In this document: piece after piece, positions 27,001 to 42,000 of the stretch | Numbering within the stretch: the first letter of the stretch is position 1 | Layout of the letters: each line of letters opens with the position of its first letter | Origin: Schmidtea nova | Lineage: Eukaryota | Direction of reading: 5' to 3' | Length of the DNA: 64,000 nt | Assembly: GCA_044892505.1 (NCBI GenBank) | Contig: CM097884.1 | Location: forward strand, 91,202,001 to 91,266,000 | The notes under the pieces: model-generated | What the model was told of the DNA's origin: nothing | The model's input: only the letters and a program-made list of their open reading frames with translations | Database searches by the model: none | Made by a program: the position numbers and the translations under genes

Positions 27001-30000
27001 TCAAGATCGTCAAAGGCACTCACCAAAAGAAACCAAACAGAATCACAGCAGCCGGTTTGAAAGTAGTCAATGTCAATCCAGGCGACAAATTGAGCAAATA
27101 CTTCAAGTCAGTTACAATTGTAATTACGAAACAAAAGTTCACAAGAGGTGGCAAACGAAAGACTGTCAAGAAAACGATTAAAGTCCCATTGAAAACAATT
27201 GTTGACGATTTGAGAAATGTGTTGAGAAAACCACATCATTATGTGAAGAAAGTGACATTCAAATTTGAAGTGACGAAAGTTGTTAAAGTGAAATTGGTTG
27301 TGAAAGGCTGTGTTGACAAAGTACCGACGCCACCAACATTGCGTCCAACAACTAAATCTACTCCAACTAGACCAGGAGCTACAACAACTACAACTAGACG
27401 AACAACGACTCTGAAACCATGTGCCGTGAAACTCGTCATCAAAGATAAGCAATTGACAGGAATTACAGTGACACCAAAGATTTCCAAGAGTGATGTTAAA
27501 AAGTTGAGACCTGATTGGAAACATCCAAAACAAGGTGTTGAGTTCAAACGTGGAAAACACACAATTGTTGTCAAGATCGTCAAAGGCACTCACCAAAAGA
27601 AACCAAACAGAATCACAGCAGCCGGTTTGAAAGTAGTCAATGTCAATCCAGGCGACAAATTGAGCAAATACTTCAAGTCAGTTACAATTGTAATTACGAA
27701 ACAAAAGTTCACAAGAGGTGGCAAACGAAAGACTGTCAAGAAAACGATTAAAGTCCCATTGAAAACAATTTTTGACGATTTGAAAAACGTTTTGAGAAAA
27801 CCACATCATTATGTGAAGAAAGTGACAATCAAATTTGAAGTGACGAAAGTTGTTAAAGTGAAATTGGTTGTGAAAGGCTGTGTTGACAAAGTACCGACGC
27901 CGCCAACATTGCGTCCAACAACTAAATCTACTCCAACTAGACCAGGAGCTACAACAACTACAACTAGACGAACAACGACTCTGAAACCATGTGCCGTGAA
28001 ACTCGTCATCAAAGATAAGCAATTGACAGGAATTACAGTGACACCAAAGATTTCCAAGAGTGATGTTAAAAAGTTGAGACCTGATTGGAAACATCCAAAA
28101 CAAGGTGTTGAGTTCAAACGTGGAAAACACACAATTGTTGTCAAGATCGTCAAAGGCACTCACCAAAAGAAACCAAACAGAATCACAGCAGCCGGTTTGA
28201 AAGTAGTCAATGTCAATCCAGGCGACAAATTGAGCAAATACTTCAAGTCAGTTACAATTGTAATTACGAAACAAAAGTTCACAAGAGGTGGCAAACGAAA
28301 GACTGTCAAGAAAACGATTAAAGTCCCATTGAAAACAATTTTTGACGATTTGAAAAACGTTTTGAGAAAACCACATCATTATGTGAAGAAAGTGACAATC
28401 AAATTTGAAGTGACGAAAGTTGTTAAAGTGAAATTGGTTGTGAAAGGCTGTGTTGACAAAGTACCGACGCCGCCAACATTGCGTCCAACAACTAAATCTA
28501 CTCCAACTAGACCAGGAGCTACAACAACTACAACTAGACGAACAACGACTCTGAAACCATGTGCCGTGAAACTCGTCATCAAAGATAAGCAATTGACAGG
28601 AATTACAGTGACACCAAAGATTTCCAAGAGTGATGTTAAAAAGTTGAGACCTGATTGGAAACATCCAAAACAAGGTGTTGAGTTCAAACGTGGAAAACAC
28701 ACAATTGTTGTCAAGATCGTCAAAGGCACTCACCAAAAGAAACCAAACAGAATCACAGCAGCCGGTTTGAAAGTAGTCAATGTCAATCCAGGCGACAAAT
28801 TGAGCAAATACTTCAAGTCAGTTACAATTGTAATTACGAAACAAAAGTTCACAAGAGGTGGCAAACGAAAGACTGTCAAGAAAACGATTAAAGTCCCATT
28901 GAAAACAATTGTTGACGATTTGAGAAATGTGTTGAGAAAACCACATCATTATGTGAAGAAAGTGACATTCAAATTTGAAGTGACGAAAGTTGTTAAAGTG
29001 AAATTGGTTGTGAAAGGCTGTGTTGACAAAGTACCGACGCCACCAACATTGCGTCCAACAACTAAATCTACTCCAACTAGACCAGGAGCTACAACAACTA
29101 CAACTAGACGAACAACGACTCTGAAACCATGTGCCGTGAAACTCGTCATCAAAGATAAGCAATTGACAGGAATTACAGTGACACCAAAGATTTCCAAGAG
29201 TGATGTTAAAAAGTTGAGACCTGATTGGAAACATCCAAAACAAGGTGTTGAGTTCAAACGTGGAAAACACACAATTGTTGTCAAGATCGTCAAAGGCACT
29301 CACCAAAAGAAACCAAACAGAATCACAGCAGCCGGTTTGAAAGTAGTCAATGTCAATCCAGGCGACAAATTGAGCAAATACTTCAAGTCAGTTACAATTG
29401 TAATTACGAAACAAAAGTTCACAAGAGGTGGCAAACGAAAGACTGTCAAGAAAACGATTAAAGTCCCATTGAAAACAATTGTTGACGATTTGAAAAACGT
29501 TTTGAGAAAACCACATCATTATGTGAAGAAAGTGACAATCAAATTTGAAGTGACGAAAGTTGTTAAAGTGAAATTGGTTGTGAAAGGCTGTGTTGACAAA
29601 GTACCGACGCCACCAACATTGCGTCCAACAACTAAATCTACTCCAACTAGACCAGGAGCTACAACAACTACAACTAGACGAACAACGACTCTGAAACCAT
29701 GTGCCGTGAAACTCGTCATCAAAGATAAGCAATTGACAGGAATTACAGTGACACCAAAGATTTCCAAGAGTGATGTTAAAAAGTTGAGACCTGATTGGAA
29801 ACATCCAAAACAAGGTGTTGAGTTCAAACGTGGAAAACACACAATTGTTGTCAAGATCGTCAAAGGCACTCACCAAAAGAAACCAAACAGAATCACAGCA
29901 GCCGGTTTGCAAGTAGTCAATGTCAATCCAGGCGACAAATTGAGCAAATACTTCAAGTCAGTTACAATTGTAATTACGAAACAAAAGTTCACAAGAGGTG

Positions 30001-33000
30001 GCAAACGAAAGACTGTCAAGAAAACGATTAAAGTCCCATTGAAAACAATTGTTTACGATTTGAAAAACGTTTTGAGAAAACCACATCATTATGTGAAGAA
30101 AGTGACAATCAAATTTGAAGTGACGAAAGTTGTTAAAGTGAAATTGGTTGTGAAAGGCTGTGTTGACAAAGTACCGACGCCACCAACATTGCGTCCAACA
30201 ACTAAATCTACTCCAACTAGACCAGGAGCTACAACAACTACAACTAGACGAACAACGACTCTGAAACCATGTGCCGTGAAACTCGTCATCAAAGATAAGC
30301 AATTGACAGGAATTACAGTGACACCAAAGATTTCCAAGAGTGATGTTAAAAAGTTGAGACCTGATTGGAAACATCCAAAACAAGGTGTTGAGTTCAAACG
30401 TGGAAAACACACAATTGTTGTCAAGATCGTCAAAGGCACTCACCAAAAGAAACCAAACAGAATCACAGCAGCCGGTTTGAAAGTAGTCAATGTCAATCCA
30501 GGCGACAAATTGAGCAAATACTTCAAGTCAGTTACAATTGTAATTACGAAACAAAAGTTCACAAGAGGTGGCAAACGAAAGACTGTCAAGAAAACGATTA
30601 AAGTCCCATTGAAAACAATTGTTGACGATTTGAGAAATGTGTTGAGAAAACCACATCATTATGTGAAGAAAGTGACATTCAAATTTGAAGTGACGAAAGT
30701 TGTTAAAGTGAAATTGGTTGTGAAAGGCTGTGTTGACAAAGTACCGACGCCACCAACATTGCGTCCAACAACTAAATCTACTCCAACTAGACCAGGAGCT
30801 ACAACAACTACAACTAGACGAACAACGACTCTGAAACCATGTGCCGTGAAACTCGTCATCAAAGATAAGCAATTGACAGGAATTACAGTGACACCAAAGA
30901 TTTCCAAGAGTGATGTTAAAAAGTTGAGACCTGATTGGAAACATCCAAAACAAGGTGTTGAGTTCAAACGTGGAAAACACACAATTGTTGTCAAGATCGT
31001 CAAAGGCACTCACCAAAAGAAACCAAACAGAATCACAGCAGCCGGTTTGAAAGTAGTCAATGTCAATCCAGGCGACAAATTGAGCAAATACTTCAAGTCA
31101 GTTACAATTGTAATTACGAAACAAAAGTTCACAAGAGGTGGCAAACGAAAGACTGTCAAGAAAACGATTAAAGTCCCATTGAAAACAATTGTTGACGATT
31201 TGAAAAACGTTTTGAGAAAACCACATCATTATGTGAAGAAAGTGACAATCAAATTTGAAGTGACGAAAGTTGTTAAAGTGAAATTGGTTGTGAAAGGCTG
31301 TGTTGACAAAGTACCGACGCCACCAACATTGCGTCCAACAACTAAATCTACTCCAACTAGACCAGGAGCTACAACAACTACAACTAGACGAACAACGACT
31401 CTGAAACCATGTGCCGTGAAACTCGTCATCAAAGATAAGCAATTGACAGGAATTACAGTGACACCAAAGATTTCCAAGAGTGATGTTAAAAAGTTGAGAC
31501 CTGATTGGAAACATCCAAAACAAGGTGTTGAGTTCAAACGTGGAAAACACACAATTGTTGTCAAGATCGTCAAAGGCACTCACCAAAAGAAACCAAACAG
31601 AATCACAGCAGCCGGTTTGCAAGTAGTCAATGTCAATCCAGGCGACAAATTGAGCAAATACTTCAAGTCAGTTACAATTGTAATTACGAAACAAAAGTTC
31701 ACAAGAGGTGGCAAACGAAAGACTGTCAAGAAAACGATTAAAGTCCCATTGAAAACAATTGTTGACGATTTGAAAAACGTTTTGAGAAAACCACATCATT
31801 ATGTGAAGAAAGTGACAATCAAATTTGAAGTGACGAAAGTTGTTAAAGTGAAATTGGTTGTGAAAGGCTGTGTTGACAAAGTACCGACGCCGCCAACATT
31901 GCGTCCAACAACTAAATCTACTCCAACTAGACCAGGAGCTACAACAACTACAACTAGACGAACAACGACTCTGAAACCATGTGCCGTGAAACTCGTCATC
32001 AAAGATAAGCAATTGACAGGAATTACAGTGACACCAAAGATTTCCAAGAGTGATGTTAAAAAGTTGAGACCTGATTGGAAACATCCAAAACAAGGTGTTG
32101 AGTTCAAACGTGGAAAACACACAATTGTTGTCAAGATCGTCAAAGGCACTCACCAAAAGAAACCAAACAGAATCACAGCAGCCGGTTTGAAAGTAGTCAA
32201 TGTCAATCCAGGCGACAAATTGAGCAAATACTTCAAGTCAGTTACAATTGTAATTACGAAACAAAAGTTCACAAGAGGTGGCAAACGAAAGACTGTCAAG
32301 AAAACGATTAAAGTCCCATTGAAAACAATTTTTGACGATTTGAAAAACGTTTTGAGAAAACCACATCATTATGTGAAGAAAGTGACAATCAAATTTGAAG
32401 TGACGAAAGTTGTTAAAGTGAAATTGGTTGTGAAAGGCTGTGTTGACAAAGTACCGACGCCGCCAACATTGCGTCCAACAACTAAATCTACTCCAACTAG
32501 ACCAGGAGCTACAACAACTACAACTAGACGAACAACGACTCTGAAACCATGTGCCGTGAAACTCGTCATCAAAGATAAGCAATTGACAGGAATTACAGTG
32601 ACACCAAAGATTTCCAAGAGTGATGTTAAAAAGTTGAGACCTGATTGGAAACATCCAAAACAAGGTGTTGAGTTCAAACGTGGAAAACACACAATTGTTG
32701 TCAAGATCGTCAAAGGCACTCACCAAAAGAAACCAAACAGAATCACAGCAGCCGGTTTGAAAGTAGTCAATGTCAATCCAGGCGACAAATTGAGCAAATA
32801 CTTCAAGTCAGTTACAATTGTAATTACGAAACAAAAGTTCACAAGAGGTGGCAAACGAAAGACTGTCAAGAAAACGATTAAAGTCCCATTGAAAACAATT
32901 GTTGACGATTTGAGAAATGTGTTGAGAAAACCACATCATTATGTGAAGAAAGTGACATTCAAATTTGAAGTGACGAAAGTTGTTAAAGTGAAATTGGTTG

Positions 33001-36000
33001 TGAAAGGCTGTGTTGACAAAGTACCGACGCCACCAACATTGCGTCCAACAACTAAATCTACTCCAACTAGACCAGGAGCTACAACAACTACAACTAGACG
33101 AACAACGACTCTGAAACCATGTGCCGTGAAACTCGTCATCAAAGATAAGCAATTGACAGGAATTACAGTGACACCAAAGATTTCCAAGAGTGATGTTAAA
33201 AAGTTGAGACCTGATTGGAAACATCCAAAACAAGGTGTTGAGTTCAAACGTGGAAAACACACAATTGTTGTCAAGATCGTCAAAGGCACTCACCAAAAGA
33301 AACCAAACAGAATCACAGCAGCCGGTTTGCAAGTAGTCAATGTCAATCCAGGCGACAAATTGAGCAAATACTTCAAGTCAGTTACAATTGTAATTACGAA
33401 ACAAAAGTTCACAAGAGGTGGCAAACGAAAGACTGTCAAGAAAACGATTAAAGTCCCATTGAAAACAATTGTTGACGATTTGAAAAACGTTTTGAGAAAA
33501 CCACATCATTATGTGAAGAAAGTGACAATCAAATTTGAAGTGACGAAAGTTGTTAAAGTGAAATTGGTTGTGAAAGGCTGTGTTGACAAAGTACCGACGC
33601 CACCAACATTGCGTCCAACAACTAAATCTACTCCAACTAGACCAGGAGCTACAACAACTACAACTAGACGAACAACGACTCTGAAACCATGTGCCGTGAA
33701 ACTCGTCATCAAAGATAAGCAATTGACAGGAATTACAGTGACACCAAAGATTTCCAAGAGTGATGTTAAAAAGTTGAGACCTGATTGGAAACATCCAAAA
33801 CAAGGTGTTGAGTTCAAACGTGGAAAACACACAATTGTTGTCAAGATCGTCAAAGGCACTCACCAAAAGAAACCAAACAGAATCACAGCAGCCGGTTTGC
33901 AAGTAGTCAATGTCAATCCAGGCGACAAATTGAGCAAATACTTCAAGTCAGTTACAATTGTAATTACGAAACAAAAGTTCACAAGAGGTGGCAAACGAAA
34001 GACTGTCAAGAAAACGATTAAAGTCCCATTGAAAACAATTGTTGACGATTTGAAAAACGTTTTGAGAAAACCACATCATTATGTGAAGAAAGTGACAATC
34101 AAATTTGAAGTGACGAAAGTTGTTAAAGTGAAATTGGTTGTGAAAGGCTGTGTTGACAAAGTACCGACGCCGCCAACATTGCGTCCAACAACTAAATCTA
34201 CTCCAACTAGACCAGGAGCTACAACAAATACAACTAGACGAACAACGACTCTGACACCATGTGCCGTGAAACTCGTCATCAAAGATAAGCAATTGACAGG
34301 AATTACAGTGACACCAAAGATTTCCAAGAGTGATGTTAAAAAGTTGAGACCTGATTGGAAACATCCAAAACAAGGTGTTGAGTTCAAACGTGGAAAACAC
34401 ACAATTGTTGTCAAGATCGTCAAAGGCACTCACCAAAAGAAACCAAACAGAATCACAGCAGCCGGTTTGAAAGTAGTCAATGTCAATCCAGGCGACAAAT
34501 TGAGCAAATACTTCAAGTCAGTTACAATTGTAATTACGAAACAAAAGTTCACAAGAGGTGGCAAACGAAAGACTGTCAAGAAAACGATTAAAGTCCCATT
34601 GAAAACAATTTTTGACGATTTGAAAAACGTTTTGAGAAAACCACATCATTATGTGAAGAAAGTGACAATCCAATTTGAAGTGACGAAAGTTGTTAAAGTG
34701 AAATTGGTTGTGAAAGGCTGTGTTGACAAAGTACCGACGCCGCCAACATTGCGTCCAACAACTAAATCTACTCCAACTAGACCAGGAGCTACAACAACTA
34801 CAACTAGACGAACAACGACTCTGAAACCATGTGCCGTGAAACTCGTCATCAAAGATAAGCAATTGACAGGAATTACAGTGACACCAAAGATTTCCAAGAG
34901 TGATGTTAAAAAGTTGAGACCTGATTGGAAACATCCAAAACAAGGTGTTGAGTTCAAACGTGGAAAACACACAATTGTTGTCAAGATCGTCAAAGGCACT
35001 CACCAAAAGAAACCAAACAGAATCACAGCAGCCGGTTTGAAAGTAGTCAATGTCAATCCAGGCGACAAATTGAGCAAATACTTCAAGTCAGTTACAATTG
35101 TAATTACGAAACAAAAGTTCACAAGAGGTGGCAAACGAAAGACTGTCAAGAAAACGATTAAAGTCCCATTGAAAACAATTGTTGACGATTTGAGAAATGT
35201 GTTGAGAAAACCACATCATTATGTGAAGAAAGTGACATTCAAATTTGAAGTGACGAAAGTTGTTAAAGTGAAATTGGTTGTGAAAGGCTGTGTTGACAAA
35301 GTACCGACGCCACCAACATTGCGTCCAACAACTAAATCTACTCCAACTAGACCAGGAGCTACAACAACTACAACTAGACGAACAACGACTCTGAAACCAT
35401 GTGCCGTGAAACTCGTCATCAAAGATAAGCAATTGACAGGAATTACAGTGACACCAAAGATTTCCAAGAGTGATGTTAAAAAGTTGAGACCTGATTGGAA
35501 ACATCCAAAACAAGGTGTTGAGTTCAAACGTGGAAAACACACAATTGTTGTCAAGATCGTCAAAGGCACTCACCAAAAGAAACCAAACAGAATCACAGCA
35601 GCCGGTTTGCAAGTAGTCAATGTCAATCCAGGCGACAAATTGAGCAAATACTTCAAGTCAGTTACAATTGTAATTACGAAACAAAAGTTCACAAGAGGTG
35701 GCAAACGAAAGACTGTCAAGAAAACGATTAAAGTCCCATTGAAAACAATTGTTGACGATTTGAAAAACGTTTTGAGAAAACCACATCATTATGTGAAGAA
35801 AGTGACAATCAAATTTGAAGTGACGAAAGTTGTTAAAGTGAAATTGGTTGTGAAAGGCTGTGTTGACAAAGTACCGACGCCACCAACATTGCGTCCAACA
35901 ACTAAATCTACTCCAACTAGACCAGGAGCTACAACAACTACAACTAGACGAACAACGACTCTGAAACCATGTGCCGTGAAACTCGTCATCAAAGATAAGC

Positions 36001-39000
36001 AATTGACAGGAATTACAGTGACACCAAAGATTTCCAAGAGTGATGTTAAAAAGTTGAGACCTGATTGGAAACATCCAAAACAAGGTGTTGAGTTCAAACG
36101 TGGAAAACACACAATTGTTGTCAAGATCGTCAAAGGCACTCACCAAAAGAAACCAAACAGAATCACAGCAGCCGGTTTGAAAGTAGTCAATGTCAATCCA
36201 GGCGACAAATTGAGCAAATACTTCAAGTCAGTTACAATTGTAATTACGAAACAAAAGTTCACAAGAGGTGGCAAACGAAAGACTGTCAAGAAAACGATTA
36301 AAGTCCCATTGAAAACAATTGTTGACGATTTGAAAAATGTTTTGAGAAAACCACATCATTATGTGAAGAAAGTGACAATCAAATTTGAAGTGACGAAAGT
36401 TGTTAAAGTGAAATTGGTTGTGAAAGGCTGTGTTGACAAAGTACCGACGCCACCAACATTGCGTCCAACAACTAAATCTACTCCAACTAGACCAGGAGCT
36501 ACAACAACTACAACTAGACGAACAACGACTCTGAAACCATGTGCCGTGAAACTCGTCATCAAAGATAAGCAATTGACAGGAATTACAGTGACACCAAAGA
36601 TTTCCAAGAGTGATGTTAAAAAGTTGAGACCTGATTGGAAACATCCAAAACAAGGTGTTGAGTTCAAACGTGGAAAACACACAATTGTTGTCAAGATCGT
36701 CAAAGGCACTCACCAAAAGAAACCAAACAGAATCACAGCAGCCGGTTTGAAAGTAGTCAATGTCAATCCAGGCGACAAATTGAGCAAATACTTCAAGTCA
36801 GTTACAATTGTAATTACGAAACAAAAGTTCACAAGAGGTGGCAAACGAAAGACTGTCAAGAAAACGATTAAAGTCCCATTGAAAACAATTGTTGACGATT
36901 TGAAAAACGTTTTGAGAAAACCACATCATTATGTGAAGAAAGTGACAATCAAATTTGAAGTGACGAAAGTTGTTAAAGTGAAATTGGTTGTGAAAGGCTG
37001 TGTTGACAAAGTACCGACGCCACCAACATTGCGTCCAACAACTAAATCTACTCCAACTAGACCAGGAGCTACAACAACTACAACTAGACGAACAACGACT
37101 CTGAAACCATGTGCCGTGAAACTCGTCATCAAAGATAAGCAATTGACAGGAATTACAGTGACACCAAAGATTTCCAAGAGTGATGTTAAAAAGTTGAGAC
37201 CTGATTGGAAACATCCAAAACAAGGTGTTGAGTTCAAACGTGGAAAACACACAATTGTTGTCAAGATCGTCAAAGGCACTCACCAAAAGAAACCAAACAG
37301 AATCACAGCAGCCGGTTTGAAAGTAGTCAATGTCAATCCAGGCGACAAATTGAGCAAATACTTCAAGTCAGTTACAATTGTAATTACGAAACAAAAGTTC
37401 ACAAGAGGTGGCAAACGAAAGACTGTCAAGAAAACGATTAAAGTCCCATTGAAAACAATTGTTGACGATTTGAGAAATGTGTTGAGAAAACCACATCATT
37501 ATGTGAAGAAAGTGACATTCAAATTTGAAGTGACGAAAGTTGTTAAAGTGAAATTGGTTGTGAAAGGCTGTGTTGACAAAGTACCGACGCCACCAACATT
37601 GCGTCCAACAACTAAATCTACTCCAACTAGACCAGGAGCTACAACAACTACAACTAGACGAACAACGACTCTGAAACCATGTGCCGTGAAACTCGTCATC
37701 AAAGATAAGCAATTGACAGGAATTACAGTGACACCAAAGATTTCCAAGAGTGATGTTAAAAAGTTGAGACCTGATTGGAAACATCCAAAACAAGGTGTTG
37801 AGTTCAAACGTGGAAAACACACAATTGTTGTCAAGATCGTCAAAGGCACTCACCAAAAGAAACCAAACAGAATCACAGCAGCCGGTTTGCAAGTAGTCAA
37901 TGTCAATCCAGGCGACAAATTGAGCAAATACTTCAAGTCAGTTACAATTGTAATTACGAAACAAAAGTTCACAAGAGGTGGCAAACGAAAGACTGTCAAG
38001 AAAACGATTAAAGTCCCATTGAAAACAATTGTTGACGATTTGAAAAACGTTTTGAGAAAACCACATCATTATGTGAAGAAAGTGACAATCAAATTTGAAG
38101 TGACGAAAGTTGTTAAAGTGAAATTGGTTGTGAAAGGCTGTGTTGACAAAGTACCGACGCCACCAACATTGCGTCCAACAACTAAATCTACTCCAACTAG
38201 ACCAGGAGCTACAACAACTACAACTAGACGAACAACGACTCTGAAACCATGTGCCGTGAAACTCGTCATCAAAGATAAGCAATTGACAGGAATTACAGTG
38301 ACACCAAAGATTTCCAAGAGTGATGTTAAAAAGTTGAGACCTGATTGGAAACATCCAAAACAAGGTGTTGAGTTCAAACGTGGAAAACACACAATTGTTG
38401 TCAAGATCGTCAAAGGCACTCACCAAAAGAAACCAAACAGAATCACAGCAGCCGGTTTGAAAGTAGTCAATGTCAATCCAGGCGACAAATTGAGCAAATA
38501 CTTCAAGTCAGTTACAATTGTAATTACGAAACAAAAGTTCACAAGAGGTGGCAAACGAAAGACTGTCAAGAAAACGATTAAAGTCCCATTGAAAACAATT
38601 GTTGACGATTTGAGAAATGTGTTGAGAAAACCACATCATTATGTGAAGAAAGTGACATTCAAATTTGAAGTGACGAAAGTTGTTAAAGTGAAATTGGTTG
38701 TGAAAGGCTGTGTTGACAAAGTACCGACGCCACCAACATTGCGTCCAACAACTAAATCTACTCCAACTAGACCAGGAGCTACAACAACTACAACTAGACG
38801 AACAACGACTCTGAAACCATGTGCCGTGAAACTCGTCATCAAAGATAAGCAATTGACAGGAATTACAGTGACACCAAAGATTTCCAAGAGTGATGTTAAA
38901 AAGTTGAGACCTGATTGGAAACATCCAAAACAAGGTGTTGAGTTCAAACGTGGAAAACACACAATTGTTGTCAAGATCGTCAAAGGCACTCACCAAAAGA

Positions 39001-42000
39001 AACCAAACAGAATCACAGCAGCCGGTTTGCAAGTAGTCAATGTCAATCCAGGCGACAAATTGAGCAAATACTTCAAGTCAGTTACAATTGTAATTACGAA
39101 ACAAAAGTTCACAAGAGGTGGCAAACGAAAGACTGTCAAGAAAACGATTAAAGTCCCATTGAAAACAATTGTTGACGATTTGAAAAACGTTTTGAGAAAA
39201 CCACATCATTATGTGAAGAAAGTGACAATCAAATTTGAAGTGACGAAAGTTGTTAAAGTGAAATTGGTTGTGAAAGGCTGTGTTGACAAAGTACCGACGC
39301 CACCAACATTGCGTCCAACAACTAAATCTACTCCAACTAGACCAGGAGCTACAACAACTACAACTAGACGAACAACGACTCTGAAACCATGTGCCGTGAA
39401 ACTCGTCATCAAAGATAAGCAATTGACAGGAATTACAGTGACACCAAAGATTTCCAAGAGTGATGTTAAAAAGTTGAGACCTGATTGGAAACATCCAAAA
39501 CAAGGTGTTGAGTTCAAACGTGGAAAACACACAATTGTTGTCAAGATCGTCAAAGGCACTCACCAAAAGAAACCAAACAGAATCACAGCAGCCGGTTTGA
39601 AAGTAGTCAATGTCAATCCAGGCGACAAATTGAGCAAATACTTCAAGTCAGTTACAATTGTAATTACGAAACAAAAGTTCACAAGAGGTGGCAAACGAAA
39701 GACTGTCAAGAAAACGATTAAAGTCCCCTTGAAAACAATTGTTGACGATTTGAAAAACGTTTTGAGAAAACCACATCATTATGTGAAGAAAGTGACAATC
39801 AAATTTGAAGTGACGAAAGTTGTTAAAGTGAAATTGGTTGTGAAAGGCTGTGTTGACAAAGTACCGACGCCACCAACATTGCGTCCAACAACTAAATCTA
39901 CTCCAACTAGACCAGGAGCTACAACAACTACAACTAGACGAACAACGACTCTGAAACCATGTGCCGTGAAACTCGTCATCAAAGATAAGCAATTGACAGG
40001 AATTACAGTGACACCAAAGATTTCCAAGAGTGATGTTAAAAAGTTGAGACCTGATTGGAAACATCCAAAACAAGGTGTTGAGTTCAAACGTGGAAAACAC
40101 ACAATTGTTGTCAAGATCGTCAAAGGCACTCACCAAAAGAAACCAAACAGAATCACAGCAGCCGGTTTGAAAGTAGTCAATGTCAATCCAGGCGACAAAT
40201 TGAGCAAATACTTCAAGTCAGTTACAATTGTAATTACGAAACAAAAGTTCACAAGAGGTGGCAAACGAAAGACTGTCAAGAAAACGATTAAAGTCCCATT
40301 GAAAACAATTGTTGACGATTTGAGAAATGTGTTGAGAAAACCACATCATTATGTGAAGAAAGTGACATTCAAATTTGAAGTGACGAAAGTTGTTAAAGTG
40401 AAATTGGTTGTGAAAGGCTGTGTTGACAAAGTACCGACGCCACCAACATTGCGTCCAACAACTAAATCTACTCCAACTAGACCAGGAGCTACAACAACTA
40501 CAACTAGACGAACAACGACTCTGAAACCATGTGCCGTGAAACTCGTCATCAAAGATAAGCAATTGACAGGAATTACAGTGACACCAAAGATTTCCAAGAG
40601 TGATGTTAAAAAGTTGAGACCTGATTGGAAACATCCAAAACAAGGTGTTGAGTTCAAACGTGGAAAACACACAATTGTTGTCAAGATCGTCAAAGGCACT
40701 CACCAAAAGAAACCAAACAGAATCACAGCAGCCGGTTTGAAAGTAGTCAATGTCAATCCAGGCGACAAATTGAGCAAATACTTCAAGTCAGTTACAATTG
40801 TAATTACGAAACAAAAGTTCACAAGAGGTGGCAAACGAAAGACTGTCAAGAAAACGATTAAAGTCCCATTGAAAACAATTGTTGACGATTTGAAAAACGT
40901 TTTGAGAAAACCACATCATTATGTGAAGAAAGTGACAATCAAATTTGAAGTGACGAAAGTTGTTAAAGTGAAATTGGTTGTGAAAGGCTGTGTTGACAAA
41001 GTACCAACGCCACCAACATTGCGTCCAACAACTAAATCTACTCCAACTAGACCAGGAGCTACAACAACTACAACTAGACGAACAACGACTCTGAAACCAT
41101 GTGCCGTGAAACTCGTCATCAAAGATAAGCAATTGACAGGAATTACAGTGACACCAAAGATTTCCAAGAGTGATGTTAAAAAGTTGAGACCTGATTGGAA
41201 ACATCCAAAACAAGGTGTTGAGTTCAAACGTGGAAAACACACAATTGTTGTCAAGATCGTCAAAGGCACTCACCAAAAGAAACCAAACAGAATCACAGCA
41301 GCCGGTTTGAAAGTAGTCAATGTCAATCCAGGCGACAAATTGAGCAAATACTTCAAGTCAGTTACAATTGTAATTACGAAACAAAAGTTCACAAGAGGTG
41401 GCAAACGAAAGACTGTCAAGAAAACGATTAAAGTCCCCTTGAAAACAATTGTTGACGATTTGAAAAACGTTTTGAGAAAACCACATCATTATGTGAAGAA
41501 AGTGACAATCAAATTTGAAGTGACGAAAGTTGTTAAAGTGAAATTGGTTGTGAAAGGCTGTGTTGACAAAGTACCGACGCCACCAACATTGCGTCCAACA
41601 ACTAAATCTACTCCAACTAGACCAGGAGCTACAACAACTACAACTAGACGAACAACGACTCTGAAACCATGTGCCGTGAAACTCGTCATCAAAGATAAGC
41701 AATTGACAGGAATTACAGTGACACCAAAGATTTCCAAGAGTGATGTTAAAAAGTTGAGACCTGATTGGAAACATCCAAAACAAGGTGTTGAGTTCAAACG
41801 TGGAAAACACACAATTGTTGTCAAGATCGTCAAAGGCACTCACCAAAAGAAACCAAACAGAATCACAGCAGCCGGTTTGAAAGTAGTCAATGTCAATCCA
41901 GGCGACAAATTGAGCAAATACTTCAAGTCAGTTACAATTGTAATTACGAAACAAAAGTTCACAAGAGGTGGCAAACGAAAGACTGTCAAGAAAACGATTA

